Shown here in pieces: positions 20,151-30,360 of a stretch of 64,000 nucleotides of DNA. A model generated the notes under the pieces. That model was not told the DNA's origin. It saw only the letters and a list, made by a program, of their open reading frames with translations, and did no database searches. The stretch's first letter is position 1. Every line of letters starts with the position of its first letter. This DNA comes from an uncultured delta proteobacterium (GTDB taxonomy: Bacteria; Desulfobacterota; Desulfobulbia; Desulfobulbales; Desulfocapsaceae), in NCBI GenBank assembly GCA_963804965.1, contig CAWDST010000024.1, positions 836-64,835 of the forward strand, in the 5' to 3' direction. Position numbers and translations under genes: made by a program.

Positions 20151-20300
20151 GGAACACCCGCCGATGCTTTTCAGAAAATTCGGCCAACCCGCATTCCCCT
20201 GCCAACAGGGTGCAAATTTCCTCCGTCCAGTCGCTGAAATCGTTTAAAAATCCCTCATTGTCAAAGACGATCTGCCGTTGTCCGATGCCCCGGAGAGAGC
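20151..20300 (-). pseudogene. Truncated DsrC/TusE-family sulfur relay gene
   Basis: Manual translation IGQRQIVFDNEGFLNDFSDWTEEICTLLAGECGLAEFSEKHRRV; no in-frame ATG; C-terminal Cys arm absent. Confidence 0.72.
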
Positions 20301-20306
20301 AAAGAT

Positions 20307-22090
20307 TTATTGGTTCGCTTCACCTACTCTCTTGTGTATTCCCGGATCATCCCAGCCGCGAAGACGATAATAATCGCCCAGCAGGTATTCCATCTCGGCG
20401 GCGGTCAGCGACCGGCCATCCGGCAATTTTTCCTTGTGCAGCCTTGCCGGCAGGTGGTCGTCCTCAGCCTGCAAGCCCTCGCGGATATTGAATTGCCGGG
20501 TCATATCGACTATACGGGTGGCAATCGTCTCTAAGTTTACCTGACTTGCCGGCAGGCCGGTAGCCAGGGTAATGGCCTTTTCCAGCTCCGCCCAGGAATA
20601 GAGATCGCGATAAAAACGGCAGAGGATCAGGGTATCGAAGATATTCAGGCGATTCTCGAAATCGATGAGCATCGCTGCTTTGTCTTTTATCTGCTCGGCG
20701 GGGATCATTCCCGACAGTTCCGGTTTGTAGAAGGTGGTACGCAGATGGCAGGCGCCGCGCGGCGAGGTGGCAAAGGTCAACCCCATGCCCTTGAGCACCC
20801 TCGGGTCGTAGCCGGCCGGCTCCAGTCCCTTGACGTGAATGGCCAGGTCGCTGAGTCCCCACTGCGCGGAGGCTGCAATGATGCCGTTCGCCAGGATGTC
20901 GCCGATATCCTCGCGGGCGGCGATCTTTTCGATCAGTGCCGCCACCTGATCGGCATCGCCATATTCCAGCGGGTAGTCAAACCGTCCCTTGCTCTTTGCC
21001 TCCATAACCAGGGCGCAGAGGTTGCCGGCGGTGATGGTATCCATGCCGAGACGGTCGCAGAGGTCGTTGAGATAGGCGACCTCCTCCATTTCGGTGATCA
21101 TGCACAAACCGCCGAAGGAGTAGATGGTTTCGTATTCCGGGCCCTCCAGCTGCAGATCCTTGTGCCGCCCCTTGCGCAGCCGGGTCAACCGCCCGCAGGC
21201 CATGAAACATTTGGCGCAGGCGTGCGGTTTGACCTCATGCTCCTCATGATAACGCTCGCCGCTGATCTCCTCGACATGGTCGCAAGAACCCTGATTCCAG
21301 TATTTAGCCGGAAAAGCGCCGACCTTGTTCATGAGGGTGACCATCATGGTCGTCCCCATCTTCTTATAGGCCTTGACCCCGGGGTGTTCCATATTGGTTT
21401 TGGAAAAGTTCTTGGCGTATTCGGCAACGCCTTCCGGGTCGGCATAGACTCTTTTCCGGTCACCCTGGAAAACCACCGCCTTGACCAGCTTAGACCCCAG
21501 AACCGTCCCCACCCCGGTCCTTCCGGCACAACGCCACTTATCGTTGGCAATGATCGCATAGCGGACCAGCTTTTCCCCGGCCGGGCCGATGACCACCGCG
21601 CCACGCTTGGTGAATCCTTCCCGGTGGAAGGCAAAACGCTGAACCGCCGCCTCTTCGGCGGCAAAGGTCTCCATGCCCCACAACTCTTCCGCCGCATGAA
21701 ACTCGACACCGTCCGGATGGATGGACAGGACGGTCGGCACAGCCGACCTGCCGTGCAGGACGATGGCATCGAAACCGCTGGCGTCGATAGCCTCCGGCAC
21801 CTTGCCGCCGGAGTAGGATTCGCTGTAAAAACCGGTCTGCGGCGACTTGGTGAATACCCCATAGCGGCTGCCGCCCCACAACCGGCCACCGCAGAAGGGG
21901 CCGGTGGCGAAGATGAGGTGATTCTCCGGCGCCAGGGCATCGACGCCGGCCGGATTGCGGTCAAGAAGCAAGCGGGTGGCCAAGCCCTTGCCGCCCAGAC
22001 ACTGGCCAGAACTTCGCCTGCGAGCGGTTCGATGACGAAGCTGCGGGTGCTGAGATCAATTGTCAGAATGCGATTATAGAATCCAAACAT
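20307..22090 (-). CDS. aor: Aldehyde:ferredoxin oxidoreductase (W/Mo AOR family); frameshift near 22000
   Basis: MFGFYNRILTIDL, KSPQTG, IGPAGE, AGRTGVG, CAKCFMAC, GPEYET, GMDTI, HVKGLE, RGACH, YYRLRGWD. Confidence 0.92.
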
Positions 22091-22118
22091 CGTCTCTCCT
22101 TTATTTTTGAACGACGGC

Positions 22119-23429
22119 TTAGGAACGAAGAGTAGCAAGCCCGTCGCGAACAATAGTCAGTCCACGATCAAGCTGCTCCTCGGTAATCACCAGCGGCATG
22201 AGGAAGCGGATGATATTGCCGTAGGCACCGCAGGCAAGGATTATCAGTCCCCGGTCAAAACAGAATTTCACCAGCGCCTTGGTCTCCGCCGCCGCCGGCT
22301 CTTTGGTTGTGCGGTCCTTCACCAGCTCCATGGCGATCATCGGCCCAAGGCCACGCACATCGCCGATAATCGCATTGTCCTTTTGCATGGTCTGCAGGGA
22401 TTCCCGCAGCTTTTTGCCCAGCTGTTTACCTTTTTCCAGGAGATTTTCCTCGGCAAAGATATCAAAGACCGCCAGGGCCGACGCGCAGGCCAGCGGATTG
22501 CCGTTATAAGTGCCGCCGATGCCGGAGGCGTGGACGCTGTCCATGATCTCCTTTCGGCCGACCACGGCGCTCAGCGGCATGCCGGCGGCCAGGCTCTTGG
22601 CAACGGTGGTAATGTCGGCGGCGACGCCGTACTGCTCCATGGCAAACATCGTCCCGGTGCGGCCGATACCGGTCTGCACCTCGTCGGCGATGAGCAGGAT
22701 ACCATTTGCCTGACAGATGGTCTGCAGTTTCTTGAAATATTCGGGCGGCGGGGCGACAAATCCGCCTTCGCCCTGCACCGGCTCAAAAATGATTGCTGCG
22801 GTCTGTTCGGCCGGCACGTAGTTGACGAAGAAATCCTCCAGTCGGTCGGCGCATTCCACCCCGCACCCTGGATACTCCAGGTTATAGGGACAGCGGTAGC
22901 AGTTGGCAAAGGGCATCCGATACACTTCCGGAGCAAAGGGTCCCAGGCCGAATTTATAGGGTTTGACCTTCGAGGTCAGGGTCATGCACATCAGGGTGCG
23001 ACCGTGAAAGCCGTTTTCAAAGGCGATGATCGCCGACCTCTTGGTGTAGTAGCGGGCAATTTTGATGGCATTCTCGACCGCCTCGGCACCGCTGTTGGCA
23101 AACATCACAGCCTTCGGGAAATCGCCCGGAACCGCGGCGCAGAGCTTCTCGGCCAGTCGCACCGGCCCCTCGTAGGGGGTGACCATGAAACAGGTATGGG
23201 TGAATTTTTCCGCCTGGTCCTTGATCGCCTGCACCACTTTCGGATGTGAGTGGCCGACGTTCATCACCGCGATGCCGCCGCCGAAATCGATATACTCGTT
23301 GCCTTCGACGTCGGTGAGAATGGCACCCTTGGCATGGGCGATATAACGGTCGGTGCCGCTGACGTTGCCTTTGGCGATAACGTTATTGCGACGTTCGTGC
23401 AAGCTGTTGTTGGTGTGTGTGGTAGTCAT
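22119..23429 (-). CDS. gabT: 4-aminobutyrate aminotransferase (class III PLP)
   Basis: YIDFGGGIAV, HTCF, NSGAEAVENA, FHGRT, EPVQGEGG, ADEVQTG, AKSLA, GGTYNGNP. Confidence 0.92.
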   Translation of the reverse strand: MTTTHTNNSLHERRNNVIAKGNVSGTDRYIAHAKGAILTDVEGNEYIDFGGGIAVMNVGHSHPKVVQAIKDQAEKFTHTCFMVTPYEGPVRLAEKLCAAVPGDFPKAVMFANSGAEAVENAIKIARYYTKRSAIIAFENGFHGRTLMCMTLTSKVKPYKFGLGPFAPEVYRMPFANCYRCPYNLEYPGCGVECADRLEDFFVNYVPAEQTAAIIFEPVQGEGGFVAPPPEYFKKLQTICQANGILLIADEVQTGIGRTGTMFAMEQYGVAADITTVAKSLAAGMPLSAVVGRKEIMDSVHASGIGGTYNGNPLACASALAVFDIFAEENLLEKGKQLGKKLRESLQTMQKDNAIIGDVRGLGPMIAMELVKDRTTKEPAAAETKALVKFCFDRGLIILACGAYGNIIRFLMPLVITEEQLDRGLTIVRDGLATLRS

Positions 23430-23510
23430 GTTCTTTCTCCAGGTAATAAGATCATTTGACAACGGTCCGGATACTCCGGCACCGTCATGATAAATCGGTT
23501 ATCGATTATT

Positions 23511-23527
23511 TGCAAATTTTGCGCCAA
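23511..23527 (-). promoter_or_regulatory. Sigma54 (-24/-12) promoter for gabT-aor
   Basis: TTGGCGCAAAATTTGCA on the minus strand, GG-N10-GC, ~80 nt upstream of gabT. Confidence 0.8.
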
Positions 23528-23543
23528 TTCTTCGGTACTCATC

Positions 23544-26500
23544 TTATGACGTTGCTGCCGGATGACTCGCCCGTCTCTGCAGGTGTCCGACTGCCGCTTC
23601 GAAAAAGGTCTCTTCCCGGTTGCCGTGATAGACCATCGAGGAGGCGATCTCACTGGCGAGAATGGCAAACTTTATCTTCTCCGGCAGGCGTCCCGTCCTG
23701 TCCCGGAAGGGGCTGTCCTTCGTGGTCAGCATGCCGGGCAGATGATCGAGGATGGCCTGATGGAAAAGTGGCTGGTCGCAGACCTCGGGATGCGCCTGAA
23801 AGTAGCCGAACAACCGGGCATAACAGTCGTTGATTTCCCGGCTGATCGCACCGGAAATATCGGTATAGAGGAGTTCCCCGGCCGCCTCCCGGTGCCGCCT
23901 GAAGATCACCATGGCCTCTTCTGCCGCCCGTTTTTCGAGGATCTTTACCACATCCGCGACATACTCCGGCTTGTTCGCGAGAAACTCCTCGTCACTCAAC
24001 AGGAGGTTGGCAATGATCTCGTAGGAGGAGGAGATTACCCCGCATTTGTTGGCCGAGGCATCGCGCATAAGGATGACCCCGCCGCGCTGCAACCCCGTCC
24101 TCGCCTCCGGGGTGATAAAGGAATTCGCCCCTTCGACAATAATCCGACAGTTCGGCTCGCCTGTCGCGGTGAAAAAATTCCGCCAGTTGCCGCCATCGAT
24201 CGTCTCCGGCCGACCACCGGCCGGGATGAACAGCTCGGCCGGCACGGAAAAGATCAGGGAGTTGTACTCCTTGTAAAATTCATCGTTGGAAATCCACTCC
24301 TCAACCAGACCGTCCGCGGTTCGGACGACCTTTTTAAACAGCTCCTGCATGCCCTGCCGCCGGGTAAGAGTCCGATACAGGAGAAAGCCGCCGGGGTGCA
24401 GGGCCAGCGGATCAAAGGCGGCGACATCGTCCTTCAGGATAATTGCCCGCAGGGCGTCGTGGTCGGCACCCTGCGGATCAAAGAGCGCCGCCGAGCCGTC
24501 GAGGATCAGCGGGATCTGCACCTTCCGGCAACGACGAAGCAGGATGGCCAGACAATTGCCGGCGACATCGCCGTTCGGGCCGCCGGTAAAGATGACTCGG
24601 AAGGGATCATGGGCCATATTGATGCCAAGCTTTGCCAGACAGACCTCGGCAAAGCTGATAACGCCGGTCGAGGTCACCCCGTATTCCTTATGGTTGATCC
24701 CCACCTTCTTGCTGGACATGATCCCGGCCCCGAGGATATAGCCGCGGCGCACCGCCTCCCGGGCGACCAGCTCGATCATCGAGTCGTGCATGTTTTCGTC
24801 CGGGCCGAGTTCGATGGGCTCCTCCTCATGGTAGTAATCGACCACCCGCGGGTCGGCGGCACGGCCATCCCGGGTGACGAAGAGATCGAGAAAACCGCTG
24901 GTCAGGGCATACTGCAGGAGATGGAGCTGACGGCGCAGTTGCCGGCCGTCCAAACCCTCGTCGGCTCGCAGAACCGCGACCAGTTTCGAGCCGCCTTCAT
25001 AGATATCCTTATTTTTCAGGTGCTGGGTGTGGGCCAGGACATAGGTCTCCTTGAAAAGGCTGTTGGCGGCGGTAACATAATCATCACGACCCTGGGTGAT
25101 GATCGTCCGCCAGCCGCCCCGGGCGATATCGGAAAAACCGATATGGTAGGCGGAGCCCGACCTGCTGGAAAAATAGGTCACCCGAAATGGTTTGTCGGTC
25201 GGCAGGTCGTCGGTGAACTGGCTGTCGAGGTGGCCGAGATAAGCCGGATCAAGGCGAAAGGCCAGGGACCGTTTCTCGGCGATGAAAAAATTGGTTTTCA
25301 GGGTATGGGTGATAAACAGCAGGCAGCAGCGAAAGATGGTCCGCCGAAACTCATCGAGAAAACGACGGCCGGTGCTGAATTTTTCGACCATTTCGGTAGT
25401 TTCCAACCTGGCAATGGTATAGCGGTTGTCCCGAGCGGTATCCTTCGGGTCAAAACGGAGATGAAAGAGGCGGACCAGCTGCACAACCAGTTCGGGATGG
25501 TTATGAAAGGCCCGCGACACCCCTTCCAGATCAAAGCTGTCCGGGTGGGCATGGGCCAGATTGGTATGGCAGAAACCGATAAAGGCTCGAATCAGCGTGG
25601 CATCCGGGCCGCCCGTGATGCCGCCGGCAATAAATTTTTCGTAGGAAGGCGAGGTCATCGGCAGAAGCAGGGTGGTATACATCTCGGCGCGCAGCTTGGC
25701 AAAGAGCGGCGAGTTTTTTGCGACCAGCGCCCCGTCAGGGGTTGAGACGTAAAAGGTTGCCAGGAAAAATGGCTGCTCGCCCTCCTGGACCGTCAGACAA
25801 TAGGCACGGTGGACATTCAAGCGCGAGACGCCGAAAGACCTCGAAGATCTGCAGCAAAAAGCCCCGGTCCGGCGGGTTGGCAACGCCGAACAGCACCCGC
25901 GACTCCGGCACCCCGGCAACTCCCGCGCCTTCTTCGACATCGAGAAACACCCCGCCGAGCGAGCGGCACTCACCGAACAACCGGAGCAGCCGGGCGATCC
26001 GCTGGGGCGGCGAGGTACGGACATATTTTTTATTACTGGCCCATAACAGGGCAAGCAGGGGCGACAGCTCGTCGGCTGCGGAATCTCCATGCCCCGCCGC
26101 CATCTCCGCCTTCACTGCCTCCGCGATCTCGGTCGGAATATCCACCTGCTCCGTATCCGGGATAACTCCCTGCTCGCCGGGACAACTAAAGTCACATTCC
26201 AGTACTTCAAGGGGAAAATCAGTATTCGGAAGTTGCCCATAGGAGGTGTGCAGCTGGGCATAGGAATCGATCTTTCCGGCAAAGCACGAAGGGCCGAATA
26301 CAATGCCCCCGGTACGCCAAGTTGAGCAATACTGAGCCTTTTGTCGCTATCGGCCAGGGTGAAACGGCGGTTGCGCTTCCAAGAGATGGAGATTCGCGGC
26401 CAGAATCGCCACTTCCTCGATATCCTCGCTGTTGCAGAAAAAGAAATAGGGATGCATGCTGGCCTTCAGCCAGGCGAGATTTTCCGCCAGCATGGCCCGA

Positions 26501-26559
26501 GCATTGGAAATAGAATTTTCGACCTCGGCAATTATCAGCCTGTGATCCTGAACAATCAT
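23544..26559 (-). CDS. Large NAD-dependent glutamate dehydrogenase; at least 3 frameshifts (~26380, ~26262, ~25825)
   Basis: DIARGGWR, KNKDIYEGGSK, GPDENM, GINHKEYGVTS, GGPNGDVAG, PAGGRP, EGAN, DASANKCGV. Confidence 0.85.
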
Positions 26560-26640
26560 GCTTCCACCTCTCCACCTGCAAGTTTTAATAGGAGACCACA
26601 CCGCTTGAAGCCGCTGAATACCAGCGACAGAGAGGAAGAA

Positions 26641-26657
26641 TGCAAACGACGGACCGG
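26641..26657 (-). promoter_or_regulatory. Candidate sigma54 promoter for the GDH gene
   Basis: CCGGTCCGTCGTTTGCA on the minus strand, GG-N10-GC, ~80 nt upstream of ATG. Confidence 0.55.
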
Positions 26658-26930
26658 AAGGAGAATTTCAAATATTTTCTAACTATTACTGATTGTTACA
26701 CAAAACATTAAAAATACCGGAAACAACCACTTGATCAATAAATGGATCATAATTCCTCAAGATGCCCAGAAATATTGCATTGTTTATTGATCCAATTTCA
26801 AATCGATGGTTTTTCAATAATTTATTTTTCTATTTCAGTTTGTTACATGTAGTCATGATCCGTTTACGAATCATAAACCGCAAAATTGCCGCAAAGATAA
26901 AACGATCGTCTCGACCATCTTCATGGCTTT

Positions 26931-28356
26931 TCAGCCGATCTTATACTGCTTGAATTTCCGCACCACCGACGGTTGGCTGATGCCAAGCAGCCGAGCGGCT
27001 TCACGGGTGGTCCGGCAGCGCTTTTTCGCTTCGATCAGCAGCTCCTTTTCATAGGCCTGCATTTGTCGGCCGAGATCCTCTTGACCCGCCGCCAGCCCCC
27101 TGTGGCTGTCCTTTGCATCCCAGGCAGCGGTAGCGGCGACACTGCCCTGAATAAACTCATCGATCTGCTCGTCGTTGCTCATAACCACACCATTTTCCAT
27201 GATATTTCTCAACTCCCGGACATTGCCGGGAAAGCGGTACTCCTGCAGGCAGCGAATCGCCCGCGGGCTGATGGTCTTGGCACATTTATAGGTGCGGTTG
27301 GCCTCGCCCAGGTAAAAGCGGGCCAGGCCGACAACATCCTCGCGGCGCTCCCGCAGCGGCGGTATCTGGAGGATAAAAGAGTTGAGCCGGTAGTAGAGAT
27401 CCTCCCGGAACAGCTTTTCATCGACTAGTCCAAGCAGATTCTTATTGGTGGCGGCAATGATCGCACACTCCACCTTGATCGAACGGGTGCCGCCAACTCG
27501 GCGAATCTCCTGATTATCAAGATATTTAAGGAGTTTTGCCTGGAGAGGCAGGGGCATATCGCCGATCTCATCGAGAAAAAGCGTGCCACCCTGAGCGAGT
27601 TCGAACAAGCCGATCTTGCCCTTCTCGTCGGCGCCGGTGAAGGCCCCTTTCTCGTATCCGAAGAGTTCCGCCTCCAGGAGGTTTTCCGGCAGGGCGGCAC
27701 AGTTGATTTCCACCAGGGGGTGACTGCTCCGACCACTGCTTTTATGGATGAATTTGGCCAAAAGGCCTTTGCCCGTTCCCGACTCGCCGAGAACGAGGAT
27801 ATTTGACGCCCCTATCTGCGACAGCTTGAGAGCCATCTGCAGAATCCGCCGCATTGCCCCACTTTCGGCTATGATATTATGGCGTTCCAAGCTCGAGAAG
27901 ACTGATCCCGGTCAACTCCTGCCGGTATTTTTCCGTCGCTTGCCGACTCTGCTCGAACTCCTGGCGCAGGGTGTTCAACTCGGTCATGTCCCGTTCATTG
28001 ACGACGATCAGGACAATCCGCCCATCCTCGGCCAGCGAGGGGGTCCCGGTGGACAGTAAATACTTGCCGGTCTTGGCAATATATTGCATGACCGTCTGCC
28101 TCTTGCCGGTGGCGAGAACCCTGGTGGTAACCGATTGGTCGAAGATCTTGCGGGCAACCAGGTCTTTGACGGTGTGACCGATCACATCGGCGGCACAAAT
28201 GCCGTTCAGGGCCTCGGAGGCCTTGTTGATGTTGATGACCACCCCCTTGCCGTCACACACCCAGATGCCGTCGGAGGAGGAATGAAAGACGGTTTCGAAC
28301 TGTCGGTTCAGGTATTCGTAGGAAAGTTCATCGATATTTTTTTTCACTGCATGCAT
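26931..28356 (-). CDS. PAS-domain sigma54-dependent activator (bEBP); frameshift near 27885
   Basis: PAS N-terminus (SSSDGIWVCDGKG); GESGTGK, NCAAL, GAFTGA, FLDEIGD, PGNVREL, C-terminal HTH. Confidence 0.9.
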
Positions 28357-28454
28357 TCCGCCACCTCCGCCATATGGTCCATCCGGGCCTGTTTTCTGTT
28401 AAGTCTCATCCCTCGGCCCGCCCGATCTTGGCCGAAAACTTCCCCGACAAACTT

Positions 28455-28471
28455 TGCAACAATCGTGCCCG
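28455..28471 (-). promoter_or_regulatory. Sigma54 promoter upstream of the activator gene itself
   Basis: CGGGCACGATTGTTGCA on the minus strand, GG-N10-GC. Confidence 0.65.
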
Positions 28472-28649
28472 GCACCCAAAAGCATCGCGATAGGACATCC
28501 AAAGAGGAAGGATATAGGAAAAGCAACAATTCACCCACGACTGATTTGTCAATGACATTTTTTATAAATATTAGTACATTGCTTGAAATACCTGTCTGAC
28601 ACCTGAAGGGTCACAATTTTCAAGCGTCAGAAAACATGCGGCGCACTCG

Positions 28650-28695
28650 TGCAAGTCTGGAGTGATATACAGATCAGCAGAATTACTTGTTGGCA
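28650..28695 (+). repeat. attI-like repeat X, copy 1
   Basis: TGCAAGTCTGGAGTGATATACAGATCAGCAGAATTACTT-GTTGGCA; homologous to copies at 29606 (+) and 47306 (-). Confidence 0.75.
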
Positions 28696-28761
28696 ACGAC
28701 TTGCCCGGCTGCGGCTTCAATTAGAATTCATCTTATCAGCAACATTCCAAGGAGGAAGAGC

Positions 28762-29580
28762 ATGATCGTTCGAAGCCTCTTAGTGATTTCCACTCTCACC
28801 GCAACCCTTACGATGTTTGGCTGCGCAAACGGATACAAGGAGTTCTATCGTCCGGCTCAAGGCGCTACACCAGAAGCAATAGCCTCACTAAGGGCGGAAC
28901 CACCGCCAAAGGTTCCCACCGTTGAACGCGCTCAGCCTGGCGAGCCTCAAGTGATACTTGACGCTTACGCGAAGCGAGGCTACGAAATGATTGGAAATTC
29001 CAGCTTCAACAGTGGCCGTCAAGAATCCGAAGAGAATGCTGTTCGCCAAGCGCAAGATGTGGGCGCCGATCTTGTCTTGATTCTAAACCCAAAGTACACG
29101 GGGACAATTACTTCAAGCATTCCTATTACGACACCGACAACTACAACTTCATACTCCACTGGCACAGCAACAGCATATGGGAATAGAGGCGCAGTTACAG
29201 CCTATGGCAGTGGCACGACAACTACATCTGGCACAACAACGAACTACATTCCTATGACAATTCACAGATCCGACTATGGAGCTGTGTATTTTGTGAAACA
29301 AAAGATTGGGTTAGGAATATCCGTTCGGGACTTGAATGACGCAGAGAGGCAAGAACTTCAAACCAACAAGGGCGCTGTGATACGACTCGTTGTAGATTCT
29401 TCCCCGGCATTCAACAGTGATATTCTCGTCGGGGACATAGTTGTCTCAGTTGACGGCATCGCGATAGACAACCCTAAGTCACTCGGCGATATTTTGCGCG
29501 ACCGTAGAGGAAAGCGAATACAGATCTCTCTTGTTCGCCGAGGCCAAAAAATTGAGAAATCTATTCAGTCGAACTTATAG
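28762..29580 (+). CDS. PDZ-domain lipoprotein (cassette-like)
   Basis: Lipobox-like MFGC, Thr/Gly-rich middle, PDZ (VVDSSPA...GDIVVSVDG...LVRRG); GGAGG RBS. Confidence 0.8.
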   Translation: MIVRSLLVISTLTATLTMFGCANGYKEFYRPAQGATPEAIASLRAEPPPKVPTVERAQPGEPQVILDAYAKRGYEMIGNSSFNSGRQESEENAVRQAQDVGADLVLILNPKYTGTITSSIPITTPTTTTSYSTGTATAYGNRGAVTAYGSGTTTTSGTTTNYIPMTIHRSDYGAVYFVKQKIGLGISVRDLNDAERQELQTNKGAVIRLVVDSSPAFNSDILVGDIVVSVDGIAIDNPKSLGDILRDRRGKRIQISLVRRGQKIEKSIQSNL

Positions 29581-29589
29581 CGTGAAGCT

Positions 29590-29645
29590 GCCCAACACTC
29601 AGTCCGAGTCGGGGAGATATATAGAAGCAGAATTACTTGTTATCT
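29590..29645 (+). repeat. Left half of an attC (GCCCAAC-ACTCA-GTCCGAG) fused to repeat X copy 2, ending GTTATCT
   Basis: RYYYAAC 10 nt after the PDZ stop, then GAGTCGGGGAGATATATAGAAGCAGAATTACTT-GTTATCT. Confidence 0.7.
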
Positions 29646-29660
29646 TTGAACGGCGAATCC

Positions 29661-30212
29661 ATGGAACAAAGGGAAAAGCTTTTGCGCAGGGTGGCTTTGA
29701 AATGTGCGGATTTCGCACGGCAACTTTCCTATCACAAAGCACTCGATGATCAAGTCCGCGGATGTGGTCAGAATTTCTGGATATATATGTTCAACAATGC
29801 CATCGACTTAGCTGTCCTCGATTGGTTTCACCTCTTTGGCTACCACAATGATGATCTTCACTGGAAGCGAGTAGTTCCAGATGTAGAAGGTTTCCGCCAA
29901 ACCCTTCTAAAACATATGAATATGACTGAAGACGAATGGAAAACCTATCGAGAAACGATTAAAAAATATCGGGACAAAGATGTTGCACATATTGAAGTCA
30001 GGCCCGTTAGCAATGTGCCCAAAATGCAGAATGCTTTGCATGCCACAGTATTCTACTACTCAGTCGTGCTGAAGGAGCTTGCAGGGCTCGGTGACTATAT
30101 TAAGTGGCCGCAGGCTCTGGAGGAATACCATCAAAGGAGCTTGGATCAGAGTTACGAGTTTTCAGTGCTGGCCTTCGAAGCAACCCGAAACATATCCGAA
30201 AAGGTGTACTGA
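29661..30212 (+). CDS. Cassette-like hypothetical protein, possible HEPN (AbiU2-like) domain
   Basis: Helical-looking protein with RDKDVAH (Rx5H) motif; bounded by GTTATCTTT and AAAGATAAC. Confidence 0.6.
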   Translation: MEQREKLLRRVALKCADFARQLSYHKALDDQVRGCGQNFWIYMFNNAIDLAVLDWFHLFGYHNDDLHWKRVVPDVEGFRQTLLKHMNMTEDEWKTYRETIKKYRDKDVAHIEVRPVSNVPKMQNALHATVFYYSVVLKELAGLGDYIKWPQALEEYHQRSLDQSYEFSVLAFEATRNISEKVY

Positions 30213-30232
30213 AAGATAACAATTTGCTGGAA
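30212..30232 (+). repeat. Truncated attC left half
   Basis: AAAGATAAC (exact reverse complement of the cassette start GTTATCTTT), 5-nt spacer, GCTGGAA. Confidence 0.65.
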
Positions 30233-30256
30233 ATGATTGATACATTAATCTTGGGC

Positions 30257-30304
30257 AAATTCGTGGGACACGAATACCGAATTCCAACTATAAACTCCAC
30301 CGAC
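30257..30304 (+). repeat. Repeat Y (GGGACAC element), copy 1
   Basis: AAATTCGTGGGACACGAATACCGAATTCCAACTATAAACTCCACCGAC; similar to 46858..46902 (-). Confidence 0.55.
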
Positions 30305-30360
30305 TTTTACATTAGCCACATATTGAATCATCTATCTCACCTCCCATCACATCGAAAAAA

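Noticed and set aside
20745-25745. Long plus-strand ORFs (444, 380 and 727 aa)
   Set aside because: Antisense shadows of aor, gabT and gdh, expected with GC-rich codon usage; no motifs
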